In this document: positions 9,963 to 19,865 of the stretch, piece by piece
Layout: every line of letters starts with the position of its first letter
How positions within the stretch are numbered: the stretch's first letter is position 1
Assembly (NCBI GenBank): GCA_965198005.1
Contig: CBDAOI010000004.1
Location: 1,952,001 to 2,016,000 of the forward strand
Reading direction: 5' to 3'
Source of the DNA: Spirochaetia bacterium
GTDB taxonomy: Bacteria; Spirochaetota; Spirochaetia; SZUA-6; Bin103
DNA length: 64,000 nucleotides
Made by a program: the position numbers and the translations under genes
The notes under the pieces: generated by a model
Told to the model about the DNA's origin: nothing
Database searches by the model: none
What the model saw: only the letters and a program-made list of their open reading frames with translations

Positions 9963-11629
9963 GGCTCTGCCAGCACCAGCCGGAACCCCAGCACCGGCGT
10001 GCACCAGTCGGCCGGCTGCGAGCCGCGCGTGTGCAGCTTGACCACCCGCGGGTCATTGGTGAACGAACCGCCGCGCACGACCCGCCGGCTCCCCACGCGG
10101 AATCTCGGGTCCGTCCGATAGTCGGTCACGAAGTCGCGCGCCAGCAGATAGCGGGCAGGGGAATACCAGTCGCCGGTCCACTCCCAGACGCTGCCCAGCA
10201 GGTCGCGGAGGCCGTAGCCGTTGGTGGGCGACCGCCCCACCGGCAGCAACCCCACGCCGGGAGCGGCCACGTGCGCCCCCTCGGACTGCGCACCGCGCGG
10301 GTACGGCTGCCCGACCAGCCCGCCGCGGGCGGCATACTCCCACTCCGGCTCGAACGGCAGCCGCGCCCGCAGCCGGCGTCCGGCCGCGGCCGGCGGCAGC
10401 CGCTCGCTGAGCCAGGCCGCGAACGCCTCCGCGGCCGGCGCCGAGACGTACACCACCGGCTCACGCTCGCGCCCGATGGGCGGGCGGCCGTCCACCCAGT
10501 CGGCCAGATAGTCTTCCGCCACCAGGCCGTCGACCACCAGCGCCGCGCGGTTGGCGACCGCCCAGGCGGGCACCGCGGCCACGAACCGGGCGTACGCCTC
10601 CTTGGTAACCTCGCGCTCCTGAATGTAGAAGCTCCCGACGGTAACCGGATGCGGCCACTCCTCGAACGGCTGTGCCGGCAGCACCGCGCCGCCGAACCGG
10701 GCCGCGTCGCCCATGACGTAGGTCCCTCCGGGAATCGAGTGGAATCTCAGCCCAACAACTTCGATCACCGCCCTGGCACTCGGCCCGGCTGCCGCCGGTT
10801 CGCCCTCGACGGTGTCCGGCGCCGCCGCGCGCGCCTGGCGCTCCACGAAGGCGGCAAAGGAAGCGGATTCCAGCAGCAGTCGGGTATCCGCCGCCGGCAG
10901 CAGCGCGCCGATCCAGAGCGGCCAGGTCGGATACTCGGCCGCTCCCCGGGCAAGCTGTCGGACCGCCTGCTGCAGGGCGAGTGGCGACACCGGGCCGCCC
11001 ACGGCGGCGAAGCGTACCTGCGCGCCGAACAGGGCCGCCACCCCGGCGCTGTCCTCTACTAGATAGAGGGCATTGTGCAGGAAGCGCTGCGCCGCCTCGG
11101 GTTGCGGTGGCGGCCCCGCCAGATCGTCGGCGGCCTCGGTGATGATGCGCACGAGCCGCGGGCTGCGCGCCAGTTCCAGCAGGGCGGCATCCACCGCGGC
11201 CTCGGGATCGCCGAGCTGCAAGGACGCGTGAAAGGCGGCGCGGCGCGGCGCAATCAGGGACAGCAGCAGACGACCGCGTACTTCGAACACGGTCTCGTGG
11301 GCCTGGAACCAGGTCCTGGTCAGGGTCACGCGGCGCGTGCCGGCGGCAAGCCGGGTGGTGGCCGGCGTGTTCCCCACGAACCGGCCGTCGACCTCGACCC
11401 GCGCGCCGGCGGGGCTGGACGAAAAGGTGACCAAGGACCCGTTGAAGCGCAGCCCGGGGAGAACCAGAAGGAGAAACAGCACCAGCAGCAACCCGACGCC
11501 GTGGAGTACCGGCACCCAGGTTGCCGGGGGGATACCCGCCACAGGGCGCAGCTTGACCGTGGTTCGGTCCACGGTATCGCCCGGCCGCGAACCGGCGCGA
11601 GGGACGTGCCGGTTCCGTCGGTCCGCCAT
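9959..11629 (-). CDS. Membrane-anchored PEGA-domain + FGE-sulfatase (SUMF1-like) domain protein
   Basis: TM segment, SSPAGARVEVDG..GNTP (PEGA); RLPFEPEWEYAARGG, NGYGLRDLLGSVWEW, RGGSF, GFR. Confidence 0.85.
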   Translation of the reverse strand: MADRRNRHVPRAGSRPGDTVDRTTVKLRPVAGIPPATWVPVLHGVGLLLVLFLLLVLPGLRFNGSLVTFSSSPAGARVEVDGRFVGNTPATTRLAAGTRRVTLTRTWFQAHETVFEVRGRLLLSLIAPRRAAFHASLQLGDPEAAVDAALLELARSPRLVRIITEAADDLAGPPPQPEAAQRFLHNALYLVEDSAGVAALFGAQVRFAAVGGPVSPLALQQAVRQLARGAAEYPTWPLWIGALLPAADTRLLLESASFAAFVERQARAAAPDTVEGEPAAAGPSARAVIEVVGLRFHSIPGGTYVMGDAARFGGAVLPAQPFEEWPHPVTVGSFYIQEREVTKEAYARFVAAVPAWAVANRAALVVDGLVAEDYLADWVDGRPPIGREREPVVYVSAPAAEAFAAWLSERLPPAAAGRRLRARLPFEPEWEYAARGGLVGQPYPRGAQSEGAHVAAPGVGLLPVGRSPTNGYGLRDLLGSVWEWTGDWYSPARYLLARDFVTDYRTDPRFRVGSRRVVRGGSFTNDPRVVKLHTRGSQPADWCTPVLGFRLVLAEP

Positions 11630-11741
11630 CGGCTCCAGTATACGGCCCCCGGCGCCGCGGGGGCCAGTCTGCGGCCGCCCGCGGGGCTGCCTTGCTCGCG
11701 CACCGGCGTTGCACTACCTTTCCGGGGTATAGGCTTCGCGG

Positions 11742-12734
11742 GTGAGAGACGGCACAGCATCGGACCGGCGGCACGCACTGGTGACCGGCACCGAGCGGTT
11801 CCTGACTTGGCGGCGGCGGCGCAACCTGCGGCGCCGGGCCCGCCAACAGCAGAAGAACCCCATCCTCGACTGGGCCGAGGCGATCGGGTCCGCGATCGTG
11901 ATCGTCCTCATCATCAATCAGTTCCTGCTCCAGGCCTACCAGATTCCCTCCGAATCGATGGTGCCCACGCTGCTCGTCGGCGACCGGATCTTCGTCAACA
12001 AGGTGATCTACGGTCCGGAACTGGTGCCGGGCGCGGTCAAGCTGCCCAGTCCGCGCGCACCGCGCCGCGGCGAGGTGATCATCTTCGAGAATCCCACCTA
12101 CGTGCCGATGGGGCCGCTGATGGACCTGCTGCAGCGGGTGATCTACATGGCCACGCTGTCGATCGTGAACATCGACCTCGATGAGCAGGGCGGGCAGCGG
12201 GTCCACTTCCTGATCAAGCGGGCGATCGGGATGCCGGGGGATCGGGTGCGGGTGCGCGCCGGCGACGTGGAGATCAAGGTCGGCGGCCGCGGACCATGGA
12301 TGGCGGAGCGTGAGGTGATGGAAGAGCTGGGACTGCCGTACAACGTTTCGCGTCTGTTTCCCCGCGACGGCTATCCCGACCTGCGCCGCGCCTCCGTGAT
12401 CCGGGTGCGCGCCGCGGCCGGCATGGAGGTCAGCGCGGCCGACCGGCAGGCGCTCGAACGGATTCAACGGTTGCGCAAGCTGGACCACACCTTCTCGAAC
12501 GCATGGATCGCGCGCGCGCGGTACGAGCTCGATCCGCACAACCAGGCGCTGGCGCGCGACTGGAGCCGCTTCGAGCACGGCTGGCTGGTGCCGGCCGGGA
12601 CGGTCATGCCGATGGGGGACAACCGCGACGATTCACGCGACGGCCGTGACTTCGGTCCGGTCAGCCTGGACCAGGTGCTCGGCCGCGGCCTGTTTCACTA
12701 CTGGCCGCCGTCGCGCTGGGGCAGTGTCCGGTAG
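11742..12734 (+). CDS. lepB: Signal peptidase I
   Basis: IPSESMVPTL..GDRI (Ser), IKRAIGMPGD (Lys), GDNRDDSRDGR.FG. Confidence 0.93.
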   Translation: MRDGTASDRRHALVTGTERFLTWRRRRNLRRRARQQQKNPILDWAEAIGSAIVIVLIINQFLLQAYQIPSESMVPTLLVGDRIFVNKVIYGPELVPGAVKLPSPRAPRRGEVIIFENPTYVPMGPLMDLLQRVIYMATLSIVNIDLDEQGGQRVHFLIKRAIGMPGDRVRVRAGDVEIKVGGRGPWMAEREVMEELGLPYNVSRLFPRDGYPDLRRASVIRVRAAAGMEVSAADRQALERIQRLRKLDHTFSNAWIARARYELDPHNQALARDWSRFEHGWLVPAGTVMPMGDNRDDSRDGRDFGPVSLDQVLGRGLFHYWPPSRWGSVR

Positions 12735-12759
12735 CGCTTCCGCGCCGACGACGCGGACG

Positions 12760-14067
12760 ATGACGGCGTTCGCGCTCTACGTGCACGTTCCGTTCTGCGC
12801 CGCACGCTGTGGCTACTGCGACTACCCCGTGCTGGTGGGCGCCCCGGAGCAGGCGGCCGGCTTCGTCGCCGCGGCGCTGGCCGAGGCGCGGGCGCTCGCG
12901 CAGGCGCTGGCGGGGCGGCCGCTGGCCGCGGTCTACGTCGGCGGCGGTACCCCGACCTGGCTGCCGCGCCCGGCGCTGCGCGCGCTGCTGCACGGGCTGG
13001 CCGGAATCGTGACCACGCGCGCGGCCGGCACCGGCGCCGGCCACACCGCCGCCGCGCCGGTCGAGTGGACCCTGGAAGCGAATCCCGAGGACCTGGACCG
13101 GGAGCTGCTGGAGATCTGCGCCGGCGCCGGCGTCAACCGGCTGTCGCTCGGCGTCCAGTCGTTCGAGGACGCCGTGCTGCTCCGGCTCGGACGGCGTTGC
13201 CACGGTCCGGACCTCGACGCGCGGCTCGACCTGGTGCTGAACCGCTGGACCGGACGCCTCAACCTCGACCTCCTGGTAGGGGTGCCGGGCCAGGCAGGCC
13301 CGGCGGTGGCGGCGGCGGTCGATCGGGCGGCGGCACTGGGTATCGGCCACGTCACGCTGCTGCAGCTCACCGACCCCGGACCCGGCGGCCCGCAGCCGGC
13401 CGCCGACGCCGACCAGCTCTGGCTGACCGGGTATGAGCGACTCCGCGCGCACGGCTTCCGCCAGTATGAGGTGACCCACTTCGGACTGGCCGGCGATCGT
13501 TCGCGCTACGTGTGTCATACGCTGCAGCTCGTGCCGCTGGCCGCGGTCGGTCCCGGAGCGGTCGGACTCCTGCCGGAGGCCGCGGCCGCGCTCTATCCGG
13601 CCGCGGCCCCCGGCCGGACGCTGCAGCCGCAGCGCGTGACGCATCCGCCGGCTCTGGCACCCTACGTCGCGGCCGCCGGCCGCGGGTGGGGAGGGTGCGC
13701 GGCCCCGGTACCGCCCGCCGACCTGCTCATGGACCACTTGGTGCACGGGCTGCGGCTGGCCGCCGGCGTGCGCGTAAGCGACGGCGCACGCTGGTTCGCG
13801 CCGTCACCGGCCGAGCTGCTCGCCGCACCGTGGCGGGAGTGGGTCAGGCGCGGTCTGGCGCACCCGGCCGGGCGCCGGCTGGCGCTCACTGCCGACGGCC
13901 TGCTCCAGGCCGACCGCCTCACCACGGAGGCGCTGGCCACCCTCGAGGAGGGACCCGCCGTCCGCTACCGTGCCGCCGCCTGGCCGGATGCCGCCCCGGC
14001 GCCCCGGCCAGCGCCCCAAAACCGTCGTCCGGGGCGCCGCTCTTGGCCCATCCCGTCCGTCCGCTAA
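12760..14067 (+). CDS. HemN-like/HemW radical SAM protein
   Basis: LYVHVPFC...CGYCD, YVGGGTP, EANPE, NRLSLGVQSF, YE. Confidence 0.85.
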   Translation: MTAFALYVHVPFCAARCGYCDYPVLVGAPEQAAGFVAAALAEARALAQALAGRPLAAVYVGGGTPTWLPRPALRALLHGLAGIVTTRAAGTGAGHTAAAPVEWTLEANPEDLDRELLEICAGAGVNRLSLGVQSFEDAVLLRLGRRCHGPDLDARLDLVLNRWTGRLNLDLLVGVPGQAGPAVAAAVDRAAALGIGHVTLLQLTDPGPGGPQPAADADQLWLTGYERLRAHGFRQYEVTHFGLAGDRSRYVCHTLQLVPLAAVGPGAVGLLPEAAAALYPAAAPGRTLQPQRVTHPPALAPYVAAAGRGWGGCAAPVPPADLLMDHLVHGLRLAAGVRVSDGARWFAPSPAELLAAPWREWVRRGLAHPAGRRLALTADGLLQADRLTTEALATLEEGPAVRYRAAAWPDAAPAPRPAPQNRRPGRRSWPIPSVR

Positions 14068-14236
14068 CGTTGGTAGTCGGCCCGCCGCCGGATCAGCGCG
14101 CGTCCGGCGCTTCTTATTGGACGGGCGCAACTGCCGGCTCTTCCTGCCGTTCAGCCTGCCGGTCCATCTTCCCCAACGTATCTTCTACGTGCTCCAACCT
14201 GATCTCTACGATCTAAATCTAAATCTCTGAATCTAG

Positions 14237-14749
14237 CTAAAGGGCGGACTCGAGGTCGCTCAATCGTGCCAACAGGACCAGCGGGTCGATTGGGGACTGC
14301 ACCAACCCGCAGTCCAGGTAGAAGCATCGGGCACGCTCGTTCAGCGCGTGGACGAGAACGGCGGCGACCCCGATTTCGTTGGCGGCGGTTCGGACCCGAA
14401 CCAACGCGTCTCGCACCAGTGCACGGCCGACCCCCGCACCTTGCTCGGCTGTTGCAACGGCCAAGCGCCCCAGTACGACGGCCGGGATCGGATCGGGCAC
14501 GTTGCGGTGGATTCGACCGGGTGCTTGGCGGTGATCGATAGCGCCTTCCGCCAGTGCGTAATAACCCTGGACGACGTGCCCGCGGCGAACCACGAAGGTG
14601 CGCGAGGCGCCGGAAAACTGGTTGGTCTTGGCCCGACGGATGAGCCAGTAGTCGAGGCTCGCCACGCCGCATTGGAACGCCTCGACCCGATGGGTGTCGC
14701 GGAGTTGCTCCGGTGGACCGAGAGGATGCCAATCAACGGCTAATCCCAC
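14237..14749 (-). CDS. GNAT acetyltransferase toxin (AtaT/TacT-like)
   Basis: FQCG..SLD.WL, GYYAL, PIPAVVLGRLAV..QG.GVG, VHALN..A..FY. Confidence 0.85.
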   Translation of the reverse strand: MGLAVDWHPLGPPEQLRDTHRVEAFQCGVASLDYWLIRRAKTNQFSGASRTFVVRRGHVVQGYYALAEGAIDHRQAPGRIHRNVPDPIPAVVLGRLAVATAEQGAGVGRALVRDALVRVRTAANEIGVAAVLVHALNERARCFYLDCGLVQSPIDPLVLLARLSDLESAL

Positions 14750-14892
14750 GGCGCCGCGGTTCCGAGCACCCGCTTGAGATTCTCGTTCGGCTTAGGCGGT
14801 GCGTCGAGGAGCTGCATGAACGCGTCAAACCGGTCGGAGTCCACGCGCAACAGGACGCGATCAAGCAGCGCGTTTTCGGCCGCCTGCCTCGC
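14740..14892 (-). pseudogene. DUF1778 (TacA-like) antitoxin, 3' half only; 5' part replaced by an IS fragment
   Basis: ARQAAENALLDR...FDAFMQLLDAPPKPNENLKR...APW; upstream sequence switches to transposase coding on the other strand. Confidence 0.75.
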
Positions 14893-16156
14893 CACCACCA
14901 CGACATCCTGCAGACCGCCATCGTCCACCCCGACAAGCGGCAGGTGCTGCCGTTGGCTCCCGGGTTCATTCACAACGCCGATGACTCTGGCGCCAAGAGC
15001 GCCAAACGCCGCAAGCAGGACTGTGAACTAAAAGCCGGCTACCGTGCCGTGCAGCGCATCCGTAACGACCATCCCCGGCTGGCTACGGTGATCGTCGCCG
15101 ATAGTCCGTGCTCCAAGCAACCGTTCATCGAACAGGTGCGCGCCGCCCGCTTCTCGTTTCTGCTGGTGGCCAAGCCGGAGGATCACACCAGCCTGTACCA
15201 GGATATCGACGGGCTGCGCCGCGGTCGGCTGCTGGACCACCGCTGCACCATCGACGCGACCGGGGACCGGCATGAATACGAGTGGGTTACCGGGGTGCCG
15301 CTGAACGGCAACCCCCGCAGTCCCCAGATCAACTTCGTGCACTACCGCATCGTACGGGCCGGCACGACCACCTATCAAAACGCCTGGGTGACCGACTTGG
15401 TGCCCACCGCTGGAAGCGTCGCGCGGATCGTGCGTGCGGGACGGGCACGCTGGAAGATCGAGAACGAGGGGTTCAATACGCTGAAGAACCAGGGCTATCA
15501 CCTGGAGCACAACTTCGGCCACGGTGACAAGTACCTGTCGGAGGCGTTCTTCCTACTCAACCTGCTGGCCTATTTCATGCACCAGATATTCGAGCTGGTG
15601 GACGGTCTGTATCAGCAGGTGCGGGCTGGGTTCGGGTCGCGCCGGGAGTTCTGGGGCGCGATCCGCGCCACGTTCCGGCTATTCCTGTTCCCGTCGTGGG
15701 ACCAGGTGCTGGTGCGGATGAACTCGCCGCCGCAGCCGCTGTCCGGGTAGCCGCTCCCTGGAGAACTGAACCTGCTCCCTGAACGATCCCTGACGAGGGC
15801 CGCGGCGCAGGTGTGCCGGCCGCGGCTGAGCACCGCCCCCGAAGGCCGATCGCCGCACCGCGCCAGCCCGCGGAATCGGCCGACCGGCGGTGGCTGACGG
15901 TGGTCAGGTCATCGCACCGGGCTGGCTTGACGGTGGCTAAATACATCACCTGCAATCAGTTACAGAATTTCTTCCGGGTCGGACCGTGCATTCACTCGGT
16001 GGGCCAACAGGTGGGCATGGTCGCGTTTCACACTCGGAGGGCTTGAGCTTATGACAGGGCTTGCGGTCTCGCCCTCAAGACTATTCTGCTGTAACCTTTC
16101 GGCCCCCAATGTTGCATTACTGTTTATGATGCTCTGCTGCTCCCCGAGAATTGCTG
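14893..16156 (+). mobile_element. ISNCY-type IS, 3' part (transposase C-terminal half to 15750 plus right end)
   Basis: HPDKRQVLPLAP.FI.N..KQDCE, GRARWKIENEGFNTLKNQGYHLEHNFGHG; terminal CCGAGAATTGCTG (16144-16156) is the inverse of CAGCAATTCTCGG at 23722. Confidence 0.8.
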
Positions 16157-16173
16157 AGCGCGGTGGGTCGCGC

Positions 16174-16203
16174 TTGACATGGATTCGGGCCGGCCTATAT
16201 ACT
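16174..16203 (+). promoter_or_regulatory. Sigma70-type promoter upstream of ABC cassette 1
   Basis: TTGACA-18 bp-TATACT; homologous to 49678-49707. Confidence 0.65.
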
Positions 16204-16609
16204 CGTCCGCGAATGGGAACTGACGCCATCCAGCCCAGCCGCCGGCTAGCGGTCACCCGACTTACCGACTTACCGACTTACCGCGCGCCGCTAGCGGCTC
16301 AGCCAACGCCCGGCAGCCAGCCGCGCGGCAGCCAGCCGCGCGGCAGCCAGCCGCGCGGCGCCGGTGCTGAGCGCGGCACCATTGATCCGTGTGGCGCACA
16401 GCCGCCACGCGTCCGTGCGTCCAACGGCCGACCTGTTGGCCCGCAAACTGATACCAGTCCACACCTGCATGCGTAGCGACGTGGCCGGAGCGAGAAGGGG
16501 CGCGGCTGTGCGCGACCATACTCGTGGGCCACAGATGCGCGCTAAGCCGTGGCAGCGGCTCGGCGATCGCCGGGCCACCGTTCTGTCAGAGGAACCTGTA
16601 GCTCAAGAG

Positions 16610-16818
16610 AGGAGGTGCAAAATGATACTCAAAGAGCCGCACGCGCGCGCGGCGTGAGCGGGGGGAACCCGCTGAGTCACACGCCGCGCGCTTTCAGTGT
16701 AATTGACTCAGACTGGCCGTCCGCGTTGCGGGCGCGCCCGCTGTTGCGGGCGTCAGAGTAGCCAGGGAGCGACAACTCGCTCCGCAATACTCTGGAGATA
16801 ACATTTAAGGAAGACACG
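16610..16818 (+). promoter_or_regulatory. Conserved structured leader, copy 1, with uORF MILKEPHARAA (16622-16657)
   Basis: AGGAGG RBS, uORF and hairpins conserved at 40296-40500 and 49948-50139. Confidence 0.7.
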
Positions 16819-18660
16819 ATGAAAAACTTTTTGACACTGACCTTCGCGGTTGCGTTGGTCCTGGTTGTGACCGCAACCGGCCTCTGGGCCGGCGGTGGCA
16901 CGGAAGAGGAGCCGCTAGCGGCGATGGAGAAGGAAATGGTGCGCGACCCAGCCACCGGCATGATGGTAACGGCACCAGAGTACGGCGGGACATTGACCAT
17001 GTCCAAGTCGGGTGGCTTTCCTCCGACTACTGACCCGTATTTTTCCGGGGGCTGGGCCGGCCACAGCCTGCTCCATGGTACTCTAGAGTTTCTAAGCATT
17101 GCCGACTGGGCAATAGATAGGGACCAATTGGACTGGTCAAGTTTTGCCGTTCCTCTATCTGGCTTAAGAGGGGCGCTGGCGGAAAGCTGGGATATTTCCG
17201 AGGACGGGCTCACCTATACCTTCAACATCCGCCAGGGCGTTTACTTCCACGATAAGCCACCGGTGAACGGTCGGGAGATGACTGCCAAGGATGTCGAATA
17301 TACCTTTCACCGCAATCTTGGAAATCGATTGACAGGGACCGAATTCTCCGAAGCCGAACCTACCCCCGACCTCCGTTGGCAGGGGTGGGATACGATGCCG
17401 ATCGAATCGATAACAGCAACGGACAAATGGACGGTTGTTTTTAAGCTGACGCGGCCAGACGCCCGTGCGCTGCGGGGTATCATCTCCCCTTCAGTTCACT
17501 TAATTGTTGCACGAGAGGTAATCGAGGAATACGGTGACATGAAGGATTGGAGGAACGTGGTCGGCACCGGACCCTGGATGCTGACTGACCTTGTCGAGGG
17601 CAGCTCTATGACCCTTACCAAGAATCCTAACTACTGGAGCGACGACGAAAAATACCCGGGGAACCGCTTGCCCTATGTTGACGAGTTCAGGGTTCTGGTT
17701 ATGCCAGAAGCGGCAACACGAATTGCGGCACTGCGGTCGGGTAAGATCGATTACGCCGGCGCCGCGCTCTCCTCTCCTGTCCTCGACAGTATCGACAAGG
17801 TGGAGAGCATGCAGCGGACCAACCCCGAAATCGTGATATGGGAGCATATAATACGGCAGAACTCTAGTTTTGGCATGAACACGCAGAGGGCGCCCTTTGA
17901 TGACATCCGGGTGCGCAAGGCTATGCAGATGGCACTGGACCTTGAGACACTGAACGAGACCTACTTCAAAGGGTGGGGAACGTGGGGACCTCAGGGACTG
18001 ATTGCCAACGATGTCCCACTGGCTGGCACCCCATTCGAAGAATGGCCCGACGAGGTCAAGAAAGGCTATAGGTATGACCCGGCAGGGGCGGAGGAGCTCC
18101 TTGATGAGGCGGGGTATCCGCGCGGGGCCGACGGCATCAGGTTCAAGGCCCATTTGGTCTGGTTTGACAAGCAAGATCCGAGCTTTATAGAATTACTAGC
18201 CGCTACGTACTACCGTGACATTGGCGTTGATGTAGAGATTGAGCTAGTGCCAGGTCCGGAATATAATCCTAGAAGGAAAGCTAGAGATTGGGACATGCTG
18301 ATGACCATAGCGGCCGACACGGGGTCGTCGCCGCCTTGGAACGCCATGGCTAGGTACAAGACTGGTGCTGATAATAACACCGCCAATGTGAACGATCCGG
18401 CTTATGACGCCATGTTGGCAGCCGCCGAAAAGGTAAGCACGGAAGAAGAGCAACTGCTTTTGGTGAAAGAGCTGAATATGTACGCAATAGAGAGGCACTG
18501 GACCGTATTTGCTGGTAATGTAATACCGTCGACGACCGTGACCCAGCCGTGGGTCAAAGGTTATAACGGAGAATTGAAACTGGGAGGTAACCATTTTGAA
18601 TATACCATCGCCGCCCGCCTCTGGATCGACCAGGAGCTGAAGGAGTCGATGGGATTCTGA
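16819..18660 (+). CDS. ABC transporter substrate-binding protein, family 5 (Opp/Dpp/Nik type)
   Basis: Signal peptide, PEYGG, LAESW, FNIRQGV.FH, VGTGP, DIRVRKAMQMALD, LDEAGYP. Confidence 0.92.
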   Translation: MKNFLTLTFAVALVLVVTATGLWAGGGTEEEPLAAMEKEMVRDPATGMMVTAPEYGGTLTMSKSGGFPPTTDPYFSGGWAGHSLLHGTLEFLSIADWAIDRDQLDWSSFAVPLSGLRGALAESWDISEDGLTYTFNIRQGVYFHDKPPVNGREMTAKDVEYTFHRNLGNRLTGTEFSEAEPTPDLRWQGWDTMPIESITATDKWTVVFKLTRPDARALRGIISPSVHLIVAREVIEEYGDMKDWRNVVGTGPWMLTDLVEGSSMTLTKNPNYWSDDEKYPGNRLPYVDEFRVLVMPEAATRIAALRSGKIDYAGAALSSPVLDSIDKVESMQRTNPEIVIWEHIIRQNSSFGMNTQRAPFDDIRVRKAMQMALDLETLNETYFKGWGTWGPQGLIANDVPLAGTPFEEWPDEVKKGYRYDPAGAEELLDEAGYPRGADGIRFKAHLVWFDKQDPSFIELLAATYYRDIGVDVEIELVPGPEYNPRRKARDWDMLMTIAADTGSSPPWNAMARYKTGADNNTANVNDPAYDAMLAAAEKVSTEEEQLLLVKELNMYAIERHWTVFAGNVIPSTTVTQPWVKGYNGELKLGGNHFEYTIAARLWIDQELKESMGF

Positions 18661-18662
18661 CG

Positions 18663-18841
18663 CAACGCCTGCGGCGTTGACTGAATCAATCGCCCTACGG
18701 GCGATTGAAACGGGAGTCGCTGCGCGACTCCACGAGCGAGTTCGCCGTAGGCGACTTAGCGTTTTCGCGGTCGTTCTGGCTGCATAGAAGGGCGCCGGGA
18801 GGCGCCGGGAGGCGCCGGGAAGCCCGAGGCTTCCCGGCGCC
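18663..18841. repeat. Cluster of short palindromic hairpins (REP/BIME-like) between SBP and permease
   Basis: CAACGCC-TGC-GGCGTTG, TCAATCGCCC-TAC-GGGCGATTGA, GGAGTCGC-TGC-GCGACTCC (imperfect centre), then (GGCGCCGGGA)x3 followed by its inverse. Confidence 0.6.
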
Positions 18842-18857
18842 CATTTACCACGAAGAT

Positions 18858-19865
18858 ATGAGAGCGTACATCATCAGGCGTTTCTTGCTGGCAATCCCCA
18901 CCCTGTTTATATTGAGCATCCTGGTCTTTCTCTCGGTCCGCTTCCTCCCCGGCGATGTAATAGACGCAATGGCGAATAGGATGCAGTCCGAGGGCCTGGC
19001 CATCGAGATTGACCGTGAAGCTTTTGAGCGTATGCTGGGATTAGACGTGCCTGTGTACGTGCAGTATGGACGCTGGATAGGAGTGTTGCCGACCCCTGAC
19101 TGGTTTACCGGTGAGTCCCACTTTAAAGGTCTCCTGCACGGCACCCTTGGCGAATCATGGATGTTTGGCGGTTTTTCGATAGAGGAGAGGATACTCGGTA
19201 GATTGCCGCTAACCATTCAGCTTGGTGTCATGGCAATCGTAATCGGGCTCGTCATAGCGCTGCCGGTCGGCATCTACTCGGCGATTCGCCAGGATACGGC
19301 TGCCGACTACGCGGGGCGCACCATCGCCATCATCGGCCTGGCCACGCCCAACTTCTGGTTGGCCCTGATGGTCATGATCTACCCGGCAATCTGGTGGGGC
19401 TGGACGCCACCGATGGAGTGGGTTCCTTTCACCGAAGACCCGCTGGGGAATCTCGGGGTGCTCATCATACCCGCCGTGATTCTGGGGACGGCCATGGCTG
19501 CAGGCACAATGCGGTTGACACGCACCATGATGCTGGGGGTGCTCAGGCAAGACTATATCAGGACTGCCTGGTCAAAGGGCCTCAGTGAGAGGGTTGTCGT
19601 GGTGAGACACGCCACAAGGAATGCCCTCATCCCGGTGGTTACGTTGATGGGCATGCAGTTGCCTCTGCTGGTAGGTGGCTCCGTTATCATGGAGAACATA
19701 TTTAACCTGCCCGGCTTAGGTCGTCTCTTTCTGACTTCACTCGAAGGCAGAGATTACCCTGTGGTCTCCGCAGTAAACCTGGTTTTCGCTACGGTTGTTG
19801 TGGGGGCGAATCTCATCATCGACCTGACCTATCCCTACCTCGACCCGAGGGTCCGTTATGAGTGA
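18858..19865 (+). CDS. ABC permease, OppB/DppB type
   Basis: YIIRR, PGD, TPNFW, QDYIRTAWSKGL, LDPRVR. Confidence 0.92.
   Translation: MRAYIIRRFLLAIPTLFILSILVFLSVRFLPGDVIDAMANRMQSEGLAIEIDREAFERMLGLDVPVYVQYGRWIGVLPTPDWFTGESHFKGLLHGTLGESWMFGGFSIEERILGRLPLTIQLGVMAIVIGLVIALPVGIYSAIRQDTAADYAGRTIAIIGLATPNFWLALMVMIYPAIWWGWTPPMEWVPFTEDPLGNLGVLIIPAVILGTAMAAGTMRLTRTMMLGVLRQDYIRTAWSKGLSERVVVVRHATRNALIPVVTLMGMQLPLLVGGSVIMENIFNLPGLGRLFLTSLEGRDYPVVSAVNLVFATVVVGANLIIDLTYPYLDPRVRYE

Noticed and set aside
251-14216. Long overlapping R/A/G/P-rich ORFs (e.g. 251-1453, 4833-6530, 10461-12578)
   Set aside because: Shadow frames of high-GC genes with no recognisable motifs
16259-16360. Short tandem repeats (GACTTACC x3, 15-mer x3; CGACTAC x4 at 49746) as phase-variation switches
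   Set aside because: Non-coding, few copies and outside the -35/-10 spacer; noted only as slippage scars
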